Assembly: GCA_001783145.1 (NCBI GenBank) | Contig: MFQT01000017.1 | Location: 30,119-94,118 of the forward strand | DNA from: Candidatus Magasanikbacteria bacterium RIFOXYB2_FULL_38_10 | GTDB taxonomy: Bacteria; Patescibacteriota; Patescibacteriia; Magasanikbacterales; UBA10003 | Reading direction: 5' to 3' | DNA length: 64,000 nt | Part shown: positions 7,043 to 16,322 of the stretch, piece by piece | Layout: every line of letters begins with the position of its first letter | Position numbering within the stretch: the first letter of the stretch is position 1 | Position numbers and translations under genes: made by a program | Notes under the pieces: generated by a model | Told to the model about the DNA's origin: nothing | Databases searched by the model: none | What the model saw: only the letters and a program-made list of their open reading frames with translations

Positions 7043-7699
7043 ATGCCCGTTTCCGTTATCGTTCCGGCTTACAACGAACAAAAAACTATTTATAATCTAA
7101 TCCGCGTTTTAAAAGATTCCGGACTTTTTGCCGAGGTAATTGTAATTAATGATGGTTCTAAAGACAGAACGGCCTATTTAGCCAAACAAGCCGGTGCCAA
7201 AGTAATAAATCAATCCAAAAATTTGGGCAAAGGAGAGGCTTTGTTGGCTGGAGTAAAAGAGGCTAAAGAAAATTTTTTGTTATTTTTGGATGCCGATCTT
7301 TTTAATGTTAGAAGAAAACACTTAACAGATTTGATTAAACCAGTAGAACAAGGCGAAGCGGATATGATGATAGGCCTGCAACCCAAATACAAAGATTTTT
7401 ACGCGCTTAATGAAACTATTCCCAAAATTAGCGGACAAAGAGCTTTGCGTCGGGAAATTTTTGAAGCTATTGATCCTAAACTTTTATCTGGTTATCAAGT
7501 GGAGGAGGCTTTAAATGATTATTGCAAAACTAACAATTTAAAAGTTAAAACAATAATTTTGGCAGGATTGGGACATGTTTCCAAGATGGCTAAAAGCAAT
7601 TTTTTGGTGGGGTTATGGGGCTATATTAAAATGGATTGGCAGCTGACAAAAATTTTTATTTGGGTAAGGATATTAAGAGTGTTTAAAAAAATAAAATAA
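7043..7699 (+). CDS. family 2 glycosyltransferase
   Basis: VIVPAYNE, INDGSKDRT and LDADL (DxD) motifs of GT2/GT-A enzymes. Confidence 0.75.
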   Translation: MPVSVIVPAYNEQKTIYNLIRVLKDSGLFAEVIVINDGSKDRTAYLAKQAGAKVINQSKNLGKGEALLAGVKEAKENFLLFLDADLFNVRRKHLTDLIKPVEQGEADMMIGLQPKYKDFYALNETIPKISGQRALRREIFEAIDPKLLSGYQVEEALNDYCKTNNLKVKTIILAGLGHVSKMAKSNFLVGLWGYIKMDWQLTKIFIWVRILRVFKKIK

Positions 7700-9003
7700 T
7701 GAAATCATTAATAAAAAAATTTACGCCACGATTTTTAATTCGCTTATATCATCTTGTCTTGGCCAAACTGGCGGCTTTGTGGTATGGGTACCCTTCGCGC
7801 AAATTAATTGTGGTGGGTGTTACGGGCACGGGCGGCAAGTCCAGTACGGTTTATCTTTTGGCCAAATTATTAGAAGCGGCTGGCTGGAAGGTGGGAGTTA
7901 CCTCCACGGTTTTTTTTAAAGTTGGTGAGTGGGAAAAATTAAATGATAAAAAAATGACAATGTTGGGGCGTTTTGCTACACAAAATTTTTTACGCCGCAT
8001 GGTAGATGCTGATTGTCAGGTGGCTATTGTGGAGACAACCTCCCAAGGCATAGAACAGTATCGGCATTTGGATATAGATTATGATATTGTTGTTTTAACC
8101 AATTTGTATCCGGAACATATAGAAGCGCATGGCGGTTTTGAAAATTATCAAAAGGCCAAAGGTAAATTATTTGCCGCTTTAACCAAAACTTATCGCAAAA
8201 AAATATTTCCAGCCAAAACCATTATTGTTAATGGCGATGATGAATACGCCTCATATTTTTTAAATTTTCCCGCTGATGAAAAAATTACTTTTGGACTAAA
8301 AGAAAATTCCTTGCCTGTTAAAGAAAAAATTATTGCTGTGCAACCTTTGCCCTTGGGAGAACAAATTTCTTTTACTGTTAAGGGAACTGATTTTGTCTTG
8401 CCTCTTTTAGGCGAAATGAATATCTATAATTCTTTATGTGCCATTACTGTGGCCAAAGTTTTGGGATTAAGCTTAGAGGAAATTAAAAGATTTTCCGGAG
8501 CGATGAAAAACATTCCCGGCCGGCAGGAGTTTATAAACGAAGGACAGAATTTTAAAGTGCTGGTTGATTATGCCTTTGAACCCAAAGCCTTGGCCTCTCT
8601 TTATGAAATTTTAGAAATGATTCCTCATAAGCGTTTGATTCATGTTTTAGGTTCGGCTGGTGGTGGTAGGGATGTAGCGCGGCGGCCTGTTTTGGGTAGT
8701 CTGGCCGGGGAAAATGCGCAGATAGTAATTGTGACCAATGAAGACCCCTATGATGATGATTCCGAGCAAATTATAGAAGAGGTAGCACAAGGAGCAAGCG
8801 AAAAAAGCAAAATAGAAGGGCAGGATTTGTTTAAAATTTTGGATAGGCGTGAGGCTATTAAAAAGGCTTTGCAACTGGCAAAGGAAGGGGATTTGGTTTT
8901 GGTCACCGGCAAAGGATCGGAGCAAGCCATTTGTGTTGGGGGTGGCCAAAAATTACCTTGGGATGATAGAAAGGTTATAAGGGAGGAGTTGGTAAAAATA
9001 TAA
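7699..9003 (+). CDS. Mur ligase family protein (MurE-like UDP-MurNAc-peptide ligase)
   Basis: GVTGTGGKSST P-loop, LTNLYPEHIEAHGGFENYQKAKGKLF and a C-terminal Mur ligase domain (VTGKGSE). Confidence 0.75.
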   Translation: MKSLIKKFTPRFLIRLYHLVLAKLAALWYGYPSRKLIVVGVTGTGGKSSTVYLLAKLLEAAGWKVGVTSTVFFKVGEWEKLNDKKMTMLGRFATQNFLRRMVDADCQVAIVETTSQGIEQYRHLDIDYDIVVLTNLYPEHIEAHGGFENYQKAKGKLFAALTKTYRKKIFPAKTIIVNGDDEYASYFLNFPADEKITFGLKENSLPVKEKIIAVQPLPLGEQISFTVKGTDFVLPLLGEMNIYNSLCAITVAKVLGLSLEEIKRFSGAMKNIPGRQEFINEGQNFKVLVDYAFEPKALASLYEILEMIPHKRLIHVLGSAGGGRDVARRPVLGSLAGENAQIVIVTNEDPYDDDSEQIIEEVAQGASEKSKIEGQDLFKILDRREAIKKALQLAKEGDLVLVTGKGSEQAICVGGGQKLPWDDRKVIREELVKI

Positions 9004-9004
9004 T

Positions 9005-9604
9005 ATGTCCATCATTTTACACCCACGTGAACAAATCATTAAAAAAATACGCCGGTATTATCTTACTTATTTTTGGCACTGGCTATTGGTTTTTATTTTT
9101 ATCGCCGCACCTTTCTTTTTTATGTTTGTTCTTTTTTCCTGGGGCAAGTGGGGCGTGGGCATTTTTATTGCCTTGTTGGTTGTGGGTTTGTTAGTTTTAG
9201 TGCGCGGTTTATTTTTTTGGCGTAAAAATGTGACCCTAATTTCTACCGGAAGGATTTTAAAAATGGAACAGCACGGGCTTTTAAATAAAACCGTCACTGA
9301 TTTGGGTTTTTACAACATCAGAAGCGTTTCTTATAAAATTAAAGGCTTTTGGCCCACAATTCTGCGCTATGGCAAGATTGTGATAGAAACCAATGACGAC
9401 AAGAAAAATTTAGAAATTTTAGCGGTCAAAAAACCGGCCGAGGTGACAGAGACAATTACTCTTTTGCAACAGAAGCAATTAAAGGAAAACAGCCGTTCCG
9501 GTTATAATTTAGAGGATATTTTTAATTTTATATCTCATCAGCCCAAAGAACAGCTAAATAAGATTAAAGAATTAGTAGACAAAAAACTCAAAGAAATGGT
9601 ATAA
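9005..9604 (+). CDS. membrane protein, possible bacterial PH (DUF304-like) domain
   Basis: Two N-terminal TM helices followed by a ~100-aa soluble domain. Family assignment is weak. Confidence 0.4.
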   Translation: MSIILHPREQIIKKIRRYYLTYFWHWLLVFIFIAAPFFFMFVLFSWGKWGVGIFIALLVVGLLVLVRGLFFWRKNVTLISTGRILKMEQHGLLNKTVTDLGFYNIRSVSYKIKGFWPTILRYGKIVIETNDDKKNLEILAVKKPAEVTETITLLQQKQLKENSRSGYNLEDIFNFISHQPKEQLNKIKELVDKKLKEMV

Positions 9605-9614
9605 TTTTAAAGCT

Positions 9615-10013
9615 ATGCAAAAAAGGTCTTTGGCGGGAAAAATTGGAAAGAACCGACTTTTTATAGTTGTGGTAAGTATTTTTTTAATCTTATTTTTAAT
9701 TGGTTTTCTGCGTTCTTTTTGGCGGGATTATCAAATAAGAAAAGAAATAAAGGACATGCAGGAGGAAAGAATTCGTTTAGAGGGTCAGAAATTAAAAACT
9801 TTGGATTTTCTTAATAATTTACAAGGAGACAACGAAGCAGAAAAAGAAGCACGATTAAATTTTGGTTTGGCTAAACCGGGTGAACAGGTGGTGATTATTG
9901 CCGGTGGATTGCAAAAGACTACTGAAAAAAATAATAATGAAGAAAAACGAGAAGAAAATAATTCAAATATGATCTTGTGGTGGAGATATTTTTTCGCGCC
10001 CAAGAATAATTAA
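9615..10013 (+). CDS. septum formation initiator (FtsB/DivIC-like)
   Basis: Single N-terminal TM helix, a coiled coil, then the NFGLAKPGEQVVII motif typical of the FtsB/DivIC family. Confidence 0.55.
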   Translation: MQKRSLAGKIGKNRLFIVVVSIFLILFLIGFLRSFWRDYQIRKEIKDMQEERIRLEGQKLKTLDFLNNLQGDNEAEKEARLNFGLAKPGEQVVIIAGGLQKTTEKNNNEEKREENNSNMILWWRYFFAPKNN

Positions 10014-10019
10014 TTTTTT

Positions 10020-10976
10020 ATGGAAAATCAAATAGACTCCCTGGAGGAAAAAAAAACAGAACAAGAAAAAAATAAACGCCCGGTTTATCAGTATGCCCTT
10101 TGGGGGTTGGGTGCAGCCGCCTTTTTGGCAATAATTTTAATTGTTTCTTTTGTTTGTTATAGAGCAGAAAAGAATTTATCTACGGATTCTTTTACCTTGG
10201 GCGTAGCGCGTTACATTGGCTTGCCGGCCGGTTTTGTAGATGGTACGCGTGTTTCCTATGTTGAGTATATTGATAATCTGCGGGCAGTGAAACAATATTA
10301 TTCAACTCTGGACGCCGCTCAGGCCAAACCAACTGATGAGCAACTTAATCAATATGTTTGGGATATGTTAGCTCATAACGCGGTTATAAAAAAGATGGCG
10401 GCAGAAAATAATATTGTCGTCACCGGTGAGGAAATAGATAAAGAATATCAAAATTTTATTCAAAATTTTAGTTCGGAAACAGAAGCAGGTAAATATGTAA
10501 GCGATCAATACGGTTGGACAGTTGATAAATTCAAACTGCAAATGCTTCGTCCTTATCTTTTAGCGCAAAAAATTTCTGTCTCTGAAAGTGTGGGACAAAA
10601 AATGGAGGAAAAAGCCAAGCCTAAAGCCGAGGAAGTTTTAAAACAAATTAAAGAAGGGAAAAAATCTTTTGCTGATTTAGCCAAAGAGTTTGGGGAGGAT
10701 GCCACTAAAGACAAGGGCGGTGATTTAGGTTGGTTTGGTACAGGTGTCATGATTAAAGAATTTGAAGATGTGGTATCTAAAATGTCCCCGGGAGAAATTA
10801 GTGATTTGGTAAAAACGCAATTTGGTTATCATATTATCAAATTAGAAGAAAAGAGATTAAATGATAAGAAAGAAACCGAATGGCACGCGAGTCACATTTT
10901 GATTAAGGCTGGTTTTCAGGATTATTTAGAAGAGTTGTTTAAAAATGCCAAAATAAGAAAATGGATTAAAATTTAA
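10020..10976 (+). CDS. parvulin-type peptidyl-prolyl cis-trans isomerase (PpiC/PrsA-like), membrane anchored
   Basis: GGDLGWFGTGVMIKEFEDVV...FGYHIIKLEE is the rotamase (PpiC) signature. An N-terminal TM helix is present. Confidence 0.8.
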   Translation: MENQIDSLEEKKTEQEKNKRPVYQYALWGLGAAAFLAIILIVSFVCYRAEKNLSTDSFTLGVARYIGLPAGFVDGTRVSYVEYIDNLRAVKQYYSTLDAAQAKPTDEQLNQYVWDMLAHNAVIKKMAAENNIVVTGEEIDKEYQNFIQNFSSETEAGKYVSDQYGWTVDKFKLQMLRPYLLAQKISVSESVGQKMEEKAKPKAEEVLKQIKEGKKSFADLAKEFGEDATKDKGGDLGWFGTGVMIKEFEDVVSKMSPGEISDLVKTQFGYHIIKLEEKRLNDKKETEWHASHILIKAGFQDYLEELFKNAKIRKWIKI

Positions 10977-10986
10977 AATAAAAATT

Positions 10987-11035
10987 AAAGAATTAACCGC
11001 GGGTTTGGGTATTTAAACCTCGCGGTTAATTCTTT
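10987..11035 (+). terminator. long hairpin after the PPIase gene
   Basis: Perfect 15-bp stem AAAGAATTAACCGCG (10987-11001) with CGCGGTTAATTCTTT (11021-11035), plus an inner GGTTT/AAACC stem. The T-tail is weak. Confidence 0.55.
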
Positions 11036-11043
11036 ATCGGGCC

Positions 11044-11115
11044 GCGGGTATCGTATAGTGGCTATTATGCATCCTTCCCAAGGATGAAAGACGGGTTCGA
11101 TTCCCGTTACCCGCT
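11044..11115 (+). tRNA. tRNA-Gly (anticodon CCC), CCA not encoded
   Basis: Acceptor GCGGGTA/TACCCGC, anticodon arm CATCC-TTCCCAA-GGATG, T-arm ACGGG-TTCGATT-CCCGT. Confidence 0.85.
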
Positions 11116-11119
11116 TTGG

Positions 11120-11192
11120 GCCGATGTAGCTCAGTTAGCAGAGCAACGGTATCGTAAACCGTGGGTCGTGGGTGCAAGTCCCACCATCGGCT
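11120..11192 (+). tRNA. tRNA-Thr (anticodon CGU), CCA not encoded, unusual T-loop
   Basis: Acceptor GCCGATG/CATCGGC, D-arm GCTC-AGTTAGCA-GAGC, anticodon arm ACGGT-ATCGTAA-ACCGT, T-arm GTGGG-TGCAAGT-CCCAC. Confidence 0.8.
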
Positions 11193-11210
11193 TTGGATAA
11201 AGTTTTTCCT

Positions 11211-11891
11211 ATGATCTATTTTAAAAATGTCAGTAAAATTTATCCCCCGGATGTGGCGGCAGTGAAAGATATCCATTTGCAAATAGAACCCGGTGAGTTT
11301 GTTTCTATTGTAGGGCAAAGCGGTACGGGCAAAACCACCTTAGTAAAATTGATGATCGCCGAAGAAAAACCAACGCAGGGAGAAATTTCCATTAATGGTT
11401 GGGATGTTAGCAAATTAAGCTCAACAGAAATTCCTATTTTGCGCCGTCAAATCGGTGTTATTTTTCAAGATTTTAAATTATTGGAAAAGAAAACGGTATT
11501 TGAAAATGTAGCTTTTGCGTTGCAGGTTTGCGGCACACCTTCTGAACGTATTAATAAAGTAGTACCGCAGGTTTTGGATATTGTGGGATTAAGTCAAAAA
11601 ACCGGTCGTTATCCCGGTCAGCTTTCGGGCGGTGAACAGCAAAGAGTGGTGGTAGCCAGATCTTTAGTCCACGCGCCAAAGATAATTGTAGCTGATGAGC
11701 CCACTGGAAATTTGGATGCTTTAAATACTCACGAGGTGATAGAAATTTTAAAAAGAATTAACGAGCTGGGCGTGACCGTGGTGTTAGTGACGCATAACAG
11801 GGAAATTGTTAATATGTTGCGTCGCCGTGTAGTCACTTTGGATCAAGGAATGATTGTCAACGATCAAGAAAAAGGGAAATATGTAATTTAA
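11211..11891 (+). CDS. ftsE: cell division ATP-binding protein FtsE
   Basis: ABC ATPase with GQSGTGKTT (Walker A), LSGGEQQR (signature) and IIVADEPT (Walker B), followed by ftsX. The ORF's 5' extension overlaps tRNA-Thr, so the ATG at 11211 is used. Confidence 0.85.
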   Translation: MIYFKNVSKIYPPDVAAVKDIHLQIEPGEFVSIVGQSGTGKTTLVKLMIAEEKPTQGEISINGWDVSKLSSTEIPILRRQIGVIFQDFKLLEKKTVFENVAFALQVCGTPSERINKVVPQVLDIVGLSQKTGRYPGQLSGGEQQRVVVARSLVHAPKIIVADEPTGNLDALNTHEVIEILKRINELGVTVVLVTHNREIVNMLRRRVVTLDQGMIVNDQEKGKYVI

Positions 11892-11895
11892 TTTT

Positions 11896-12819
11896 TTGTT
11901 TTTTATGTATATTTTTTTCTCACGTATCATCAAATTTGCCTGGCAAAATTTTTGGAGAAATTTAGGCCTGTCTTTAATTACTATTTTGGTTTTGGTGACA
12001 ACTTTAATTTCAGTAGATGTGGTTTTTTTGGTTCGCGGCATTACCAATATGGCTGTTAATTTGGTGCAAGAAAGAATTGATATGAGTTTAATTTTTAAAC
12101 CAGTTGCCGCTGATGAAAAAATTCAAGAAATAAAATCAATTTTAGAAAAAAATTCTTTTGTCACTAACCTTATTTATAAAGATAAAAAAACAGTGCTGGA
12201 AGAGTTTAAAACTAAACATCAAAATGATGAAGGGGTGATTGCGGCTTTGGGGGAATTGGGTGAAAATCCTTTGGGGGCGGTTTTGGTAATCCACGCTCAG
12301 AATACCAAGGATTATGAAGAGATAATGAAAGAGGTAGACGTACCAGAATACAGTGCTTTGATAGAAAATAAGACTTTTGATGACCACGGCCCGGTAATTC
12401 AAAAAATCAGTTCCTTAACGGAAAAAACCGAACAAATTGGCATTATTTTGGGAATCATCTTGACAATTGTGGCGTTTTTGATTATTTTTAATGTGATACG
12501 TTTGAGCATTATTATGCATGGGGAGGAAATTGGTATTATGAAATTGGTAGGAGCCACCAACTCCTTTGTGCGTTGGCCCTTTTTAGTGGAGATGATTTTT
12601 ATTAGCTTAGTGGCTTGGTTAATAAATTTAGGAGTGGTTTTTAGCTCAACATATTTTGTTGATCCGTATTTGGTCAAATTTTTTGAAGGTAGCGGTTTTA
12701 GTTTGCGAAATTATTTTGTGGGTAATTTCGGTTGGTTTTTTGGGGCGGAATTGGTGGGATTGATTATTTTAAGTTTTGTTTCCGCCGGTTTGGCTATGAG
12801 AAAGTATCTGAAGGTTTAA
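11896..12819 (+). CDS. ftsX: cell division permease FtsX
   Basis: N-terminal TM helix, a periplasmic domain and a C-terminal 3-TM FtsX domain, directly after ftsE. The start is TTG at 11896 or ATG at 11905. Confidence 0.75.
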   Translation: MFFMYIFFSRIIKFAWQNFWRNLGLSLITILVLVTTLISVDVVFLVRGITNMAVNLVQERIDMSLIFKPVAADEKIQEIKSILEKNSFVTNLIYKDKKTVLEEFKTKHQNDEGVIAALGELGENPLGAVLVIHAQNTKDYEEIMKEVDVPEYSALIENKTFDDHGPVIQKISSLTEKTEQIGIILGIILTIVAFLIIFNVIRLSIIMHGEEIGIMKLVGATNSFVRWPFLVEMIFISLVAWLINLGVVFSSTYFVDPYLVKFFEGSGFSLRNYFVGNFGWFFGAELVGLIILSFVSAGLAMRKYLKV

Positions 12820-12865
12820 AATTAATGTTATTCTGAGTCTGCGAAAGAGCGGACGCAGAATTTAT

Positions 12866-12936
12866 TCCGGGATCGTCTAATGGTAGGACAGCAGCCTTTG
12901 AAGCTGTATATCGGGGTTCGAATCCCTGTCCCGGAG
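12866..12936 (+). tRNA. tRNA-Gln (anticodon UUG), CCA not encoded
   Basis: Acceptor TCCGGGA/TCCCGGA (U1:A72 as in bacterial tRNA-Gln), anticodon arm GCAGC-CTTTGAA-GCTGT, T-arm CGGGG-TTCGAAT-CCCTG. Confidence 0.85.
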
Positions 12937-13028
12937 TTGTAAAAATAGCAGCTTTAAAGGCTGTTATTTTTTATCTTTTTAGCCAACCTTGACTAAAGGC
13001 ATTCTTTTTGGTATAATCTGCATATTAT

Positions 13029-14822
13029 ATGGAAATTAGAAATATCGCCATTATTGCGCATGTAGATCACGGCAAAACCAAATTGACCGATGCTCTAATG
13101 CGTCAAACAGGCATGGTGACGGATGAAAAAATAAGCATGGATTCTAACGCTCTGGAAAAGGAGCGTGGTATTACTATTTACTCAAAAAATACCAGTGTGT
13201 TTTATAAGGGTACCAAAATCAACATTGTGGACACTCCCGGACACGCGGATTTTGGTTCCGAGGTAGAGCGTGTTTTGCGTTCTATCGATTCGGTTCTTTT
13301 AATTGTGGATGCCCAGGAAGGGCCAATGCCTCAAACCAAATTTGTCTTAAAAAAATCTTTAGAATTAGGTTTAAAACCAATTGTGGTAATCAATAAAATT
13401 GATAAACCGGCCGCCAGACCAGAGTGGACACATGATAAGGTTTTGGAACTTTTTATGGATTTAGGAGCAACAGATGAACAACTGGATTTTACAACTGTTT
13501 TTGCCATTGCTAAACAGGGGATTGCCAAGATGAAATTAACAGATGAATCAACTGATTTAAGCCCTCTTTTAGATGCCATTTTGACCAAAGTTCCTCCGGT
13601 TAAAGCAGATGTAATGTTGCCTTTCACTTTCCAGCCTTTTAATTTGGCCTATGATAATTATTTGGGTCGTTTAGGTATTGGCAGAATTTATCAAGGAACT
13701 TTAAAAGATGGAGATAAGGTTTTTATTAAGAAACAAGACGGAGAAATCATTTCTGGCTATGTCAACAAAATATTCACTTTTGAGGGTGTCACTCGTAAGG
13801 AAGTTATGGAAGCTGTGGCCGGAGATATTGTAATGATTGCCGGTCTACCTCAAATTTATATTGGTGATACTATTTGTGCCGAGCAAAATCAAGAATTGTT
13901 ACCGGCGATTAAAATTGATGAACCGACAATTTCTTTAAACTTTTTAGTCAATAATTCTCCTTTTGCCGGGCAAGAAGGAAAGTATGTCACTAGCCGTCAA
14001 ATTAAAGAACGTTTAGAAAAAGAATTGGAAGTTAATGTGGGGTTAAAAATAGATTTTTCCGCCATTGATTTTTTTAAAGTTAATGGGCGCGGTGAATTAC
14101 ATGTGGCTATTTTGTTAGAAAATATGCGTCGCGAAGGTTTTGAAGTTCAAGTTTCCCAGCCTCAGGTAATTATCAAACAAATTGATGGAGTAAAATGCGA
14201 GCCGTTTGAAGAGGTGACTATTGATGTACCGCCGGAATGTGTTGGTACGGTAATAGAAAAGATGTCTAAAAGAAAAGGGCAAATGAAGTCAATGAATCCA
14301 GAACAAAATCACACTCGTTTAATTTATGAAATTCCTACTCGTGGCTTGCTTGGCTATCGTTCGGAATTTATTGTTGATACTCGTGGAGAAGGTATTTTGT
14401 GCAGTGAAATGGTTGGCTTCAAGCCTTACGTTGGAGAAATTTCTAAACGCGACGTTGGGTCTATGGTTTCTGGCGAAACCGGCAAGGTTTTGGCCTATTC
14501 TTTATCCAATTTACAAGAGCGCGGCGTGTTGTTTGTCGGGGCCAATACAGACGTTTATGAAGGCGAGGTTATTGGTAACACTGCTAAAGGACAAGATATG
14601 ACAGTCAATCCCATTAAAGGAAAACATCTTACCAATATGCGTTCTTCCAATTCCGACATGGCCATTCAATTTACACCACCAATGGAATTAACTTTGGAAC
14701 GCGGTTTGGAAATTATGGCTGAAGATGAATACTTAGAAATTACGCCTAAAAGCATTCGTTTGCGCAAACAGTTTTTAACAGAAAATGATCGTTTGCGTTT
14801 TGCCCGTAAAAATTCCAAATAA
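13029..14822 (+). CDS. typA: translational GTPase TypA/BipA
   Basis: [27 protein letters not shown] and NKID GTPase motifs. The length and domain order match BipA. Confidence 0.9.
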   Translation: MEIRNIAIIAHVDHGKTKLTDALMRQTGMVTDEKISMDSNALEKERGITIYSKNTSVFYKGTKINIVDTPGHADFGSEVERVLRSIDSVLLIVDAQEGPMPQTKFVLKKSLELGLKPIVVINKIDKPAARPEWTHDKVLELFMDLGATDEQLDFTTVFAIAKQGIAKMKLTDESTDLSPLLDAILTKVPPVKADVMLPFTFQPFNLAYDNYLGRLGIGRIYQGTLKDGDKVFIKKQDGEIISGYVNKIFTFEGVTRKEVMEAVAGDIVMIAGLPQIYIGDTICAEQNQELLPAIKIDEPTISLNFLVNNSPFAGQEGKYVTSRQIKERLEKELEVNVGLKIDFSAIDFFKVNGRGELHVAILLENMRREGFEVQVSQPQVIIKQIDGVKCEPFEEVTIDVPPECVGTVIEKMSKRKGQMKSMNPEQNHTRLIYEIPTRGLLGYRSEFIVDTRGEGILCSEMVGFKPYVGEISKRDVGSMVSGETGKVLAYSLSNLQERGVLFVGANTDVYEGEVIGNTAKGQDMTVNPIKGKHLTNMRSSNSDMAIQFTPPMELTLERGLEIMAEDEYLEITPKSIRLRKQFLTENDRLRFARKNSK

Positions 14823-14834
14823 TTTTAGCAGTTT

Positions 14835-14862
14835 AAAAAATCCGCTTAAAAGCGGATTTTTT
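14835..14862. terminator. bidirectional terminator between convergent typA and the nucleotidase gene
   Basis: AAAAA-ATCCGC (14840-14845), loop TTAAAA, GCGGAT (14852-14857), then TTTTT. Confidence 0.7.
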
Positions 14863-14884
14863 GTTATTTTGTTTTTTTAAAATT

Positions 14885-15724
14885 TTACCAATTTTCAATT
14901 AAATTATTTATTTCTTTAAAATCTGCATCCTCTTCTAAAATAAGATCAAATTTTTTTTCGTATTCTTTTTTCAGTTTTTTGTAATCAAAATTTAAAAATC
15001 CTATTTTTAATAAATGCGCATATTTAAATCCTGCAGTCATTCCTAAATCTCCCACGCTGTCGCCTAATAAAATAACATTGCGCCGATTTTTAATTAGTGA
15101 ATAAACCTTGGGTAGTTTTTTTAAAATAGTCTTATCTTTATTTAGGCTGTGAATTATCGGTTTTTTGGTGGAAATAGCACGGCCGGTTTTGTTCCAATTA
15201 AATTTATTAACAATGTAGACAATGTTGGGATAATCTTTTTTTATTTTTTGGAAAAAAAGTTGAATGGCCTCGCCGCAACCACTGGCAGAAAAAATAATCA
15301 AAGGAATTTTGTGTTGAAAAAGAAAATCTAAAAAAATTGGAACACCTTTTCTAAATTTAATTGAGCCTTTTTTTACAATATCCTCCAGATCGGCTCTAGA
15401 TAATCCCGATTCAATCAATAATTTGTTGTGTTTTTCCCACCATTCTTGCATGGCCTCTTTTCTCTCAGCCAGAGAAATTTTCGGATCTGTTTCCAACGGA
15501 TGATATTTGTTAAACAAAGCGTGGGCCTTGGGTGCGTAATCTTTGGTTAAGTGTTGGCCGTCCCTAAGCATAGAGATAATTGAAGGGGTTTTAACGCCGT
15601 CAACAGATCCGTAAGTTAGAGTTCGATCAAAGTCACACAAGATATACAGATTTTTAAAACCATCCTCTTTAATTTGGAATAAAAGTTTTTTTAACTTTTT
15701 AGGATAGGGGATCAAGGATGACAT
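14885..15724 (-). CDS. HAD-superfamily pyrimidine 5'-nucleotidase, UMPH-1/NT5C3-like
   Basis: CDFDRTLT (DxDxT), IIFSASG and LLGDSVGDLGM, plus a cap-domain region resembling cytosolic 5'-nucleotidase III. Confidence 0.65.
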   Translation of the reverse strand: MSSLIPYPKKLKKLLFQIKEDGFKNLYILCDFDRTLTYGSVDGVKTPSIISMLRDGQHLTKDYAPKAHALFNKYHPLETDPKISLAERKEAMQEWWEKHNKLLIESGLSRADLEDIVKKGSIKFRKGVPIFLDFLFQHKIPLIIFSASGCGEAIQLFFQKIKKDYPNIVYIVNKFNWNKTGRAISTKKPIIHSLNKDKTILKKLPKVYSLIKNRRNVILLGDSVGDLGMTAGFKYAHLLKIGFLNFDYKKLKKEYEKKFDLILEEDADFKEINNLIENW

Positions 15725-15814
15725 ATTTTTTGTTTATTTTTACTTGACAAGAAAGTGTAATTATGGTGAGATGGATGTAGTTCCATAACCTTGCCATAAA
15801 ACGAGGAGAATCAC

Positions 15815-16111
15815 ATGGATTCTGTAACCAAGAAGCCTGCTCACGAGGTCATTCTCCGGCGTGTTGAAGAGACTACCGACATGTTAATGAAAAACTATCC
15901 TTTTGAGAGTGCTCTAGTTGGCTTGTACTGTAGTATCATTCTTGTGGTAGGGAAAGATCTTGTGCGTATTTTGTGGGAAATGAATATTCCGCCACAAGAT
16001 ATTGATGGAGTTTGTTTGCGACTTCTAGATACTGCGGAATGTGCGAATGTTCCTGGTTTGGAAGATTGGGTATCTCTTTTAATCTCCTTAGTTGAAGAGC
16101 TTAAAAATTGA
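15815..16111 (+). CDS. orphan 98-aa protein in its own transcription unit
   Basis: GAGGAG SD (15803-15808) lies 6 nt before the ATG. Candidate promoter TTGACA at 15744-15749 and a strong terminator at 16173-16203. G+C is visibly above the neighbours. No family recognised. Confidence 0.5.
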   Translation: MDSVTKKPAHEVILRRVEETTDMLMKNYPFESALVGLYCSIILVVGKDLVRILWEMNIPPQDIDGVCLRLLDTAECANVPGLEDWVSLLISLVEELKN

Positions 16112-16172
16112 TACTAGTCAGGAAATCGATCTTTAATTAAATTGAAACTAAAAACTAACTTTTAGACCGTTT

Positions 16173-16203
16173 GCCCATTCGAGACTACTCGAGTGGGCTT
16201 TTT
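16173..16203 (+). terminator. rho-independent terminator
   Basis: 11-bp stem GCCCATTCGAG/CTCGAGTGGGC (one G-U pair), loop ACTA, then TTTTT. Confidence 0.7.
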
Positions 16204-16322
16204 ATTTAGACTTTTCTTAAATATATCAAATAACTTAAAAAAATCCAAAATATGATATAATTTAATAAGCCATCAAAATCTTTAACTATGGTAAAAATAT
16301 TCACGATACTAAAAAACATTTT

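Noticed and set aside
11034-11318. 94-aa minus-strand ORF
   Set aside because: It lies antisense across tRNA-Gly and tRNA-Thr and the 5' end of ftsE, so it is an artefact.
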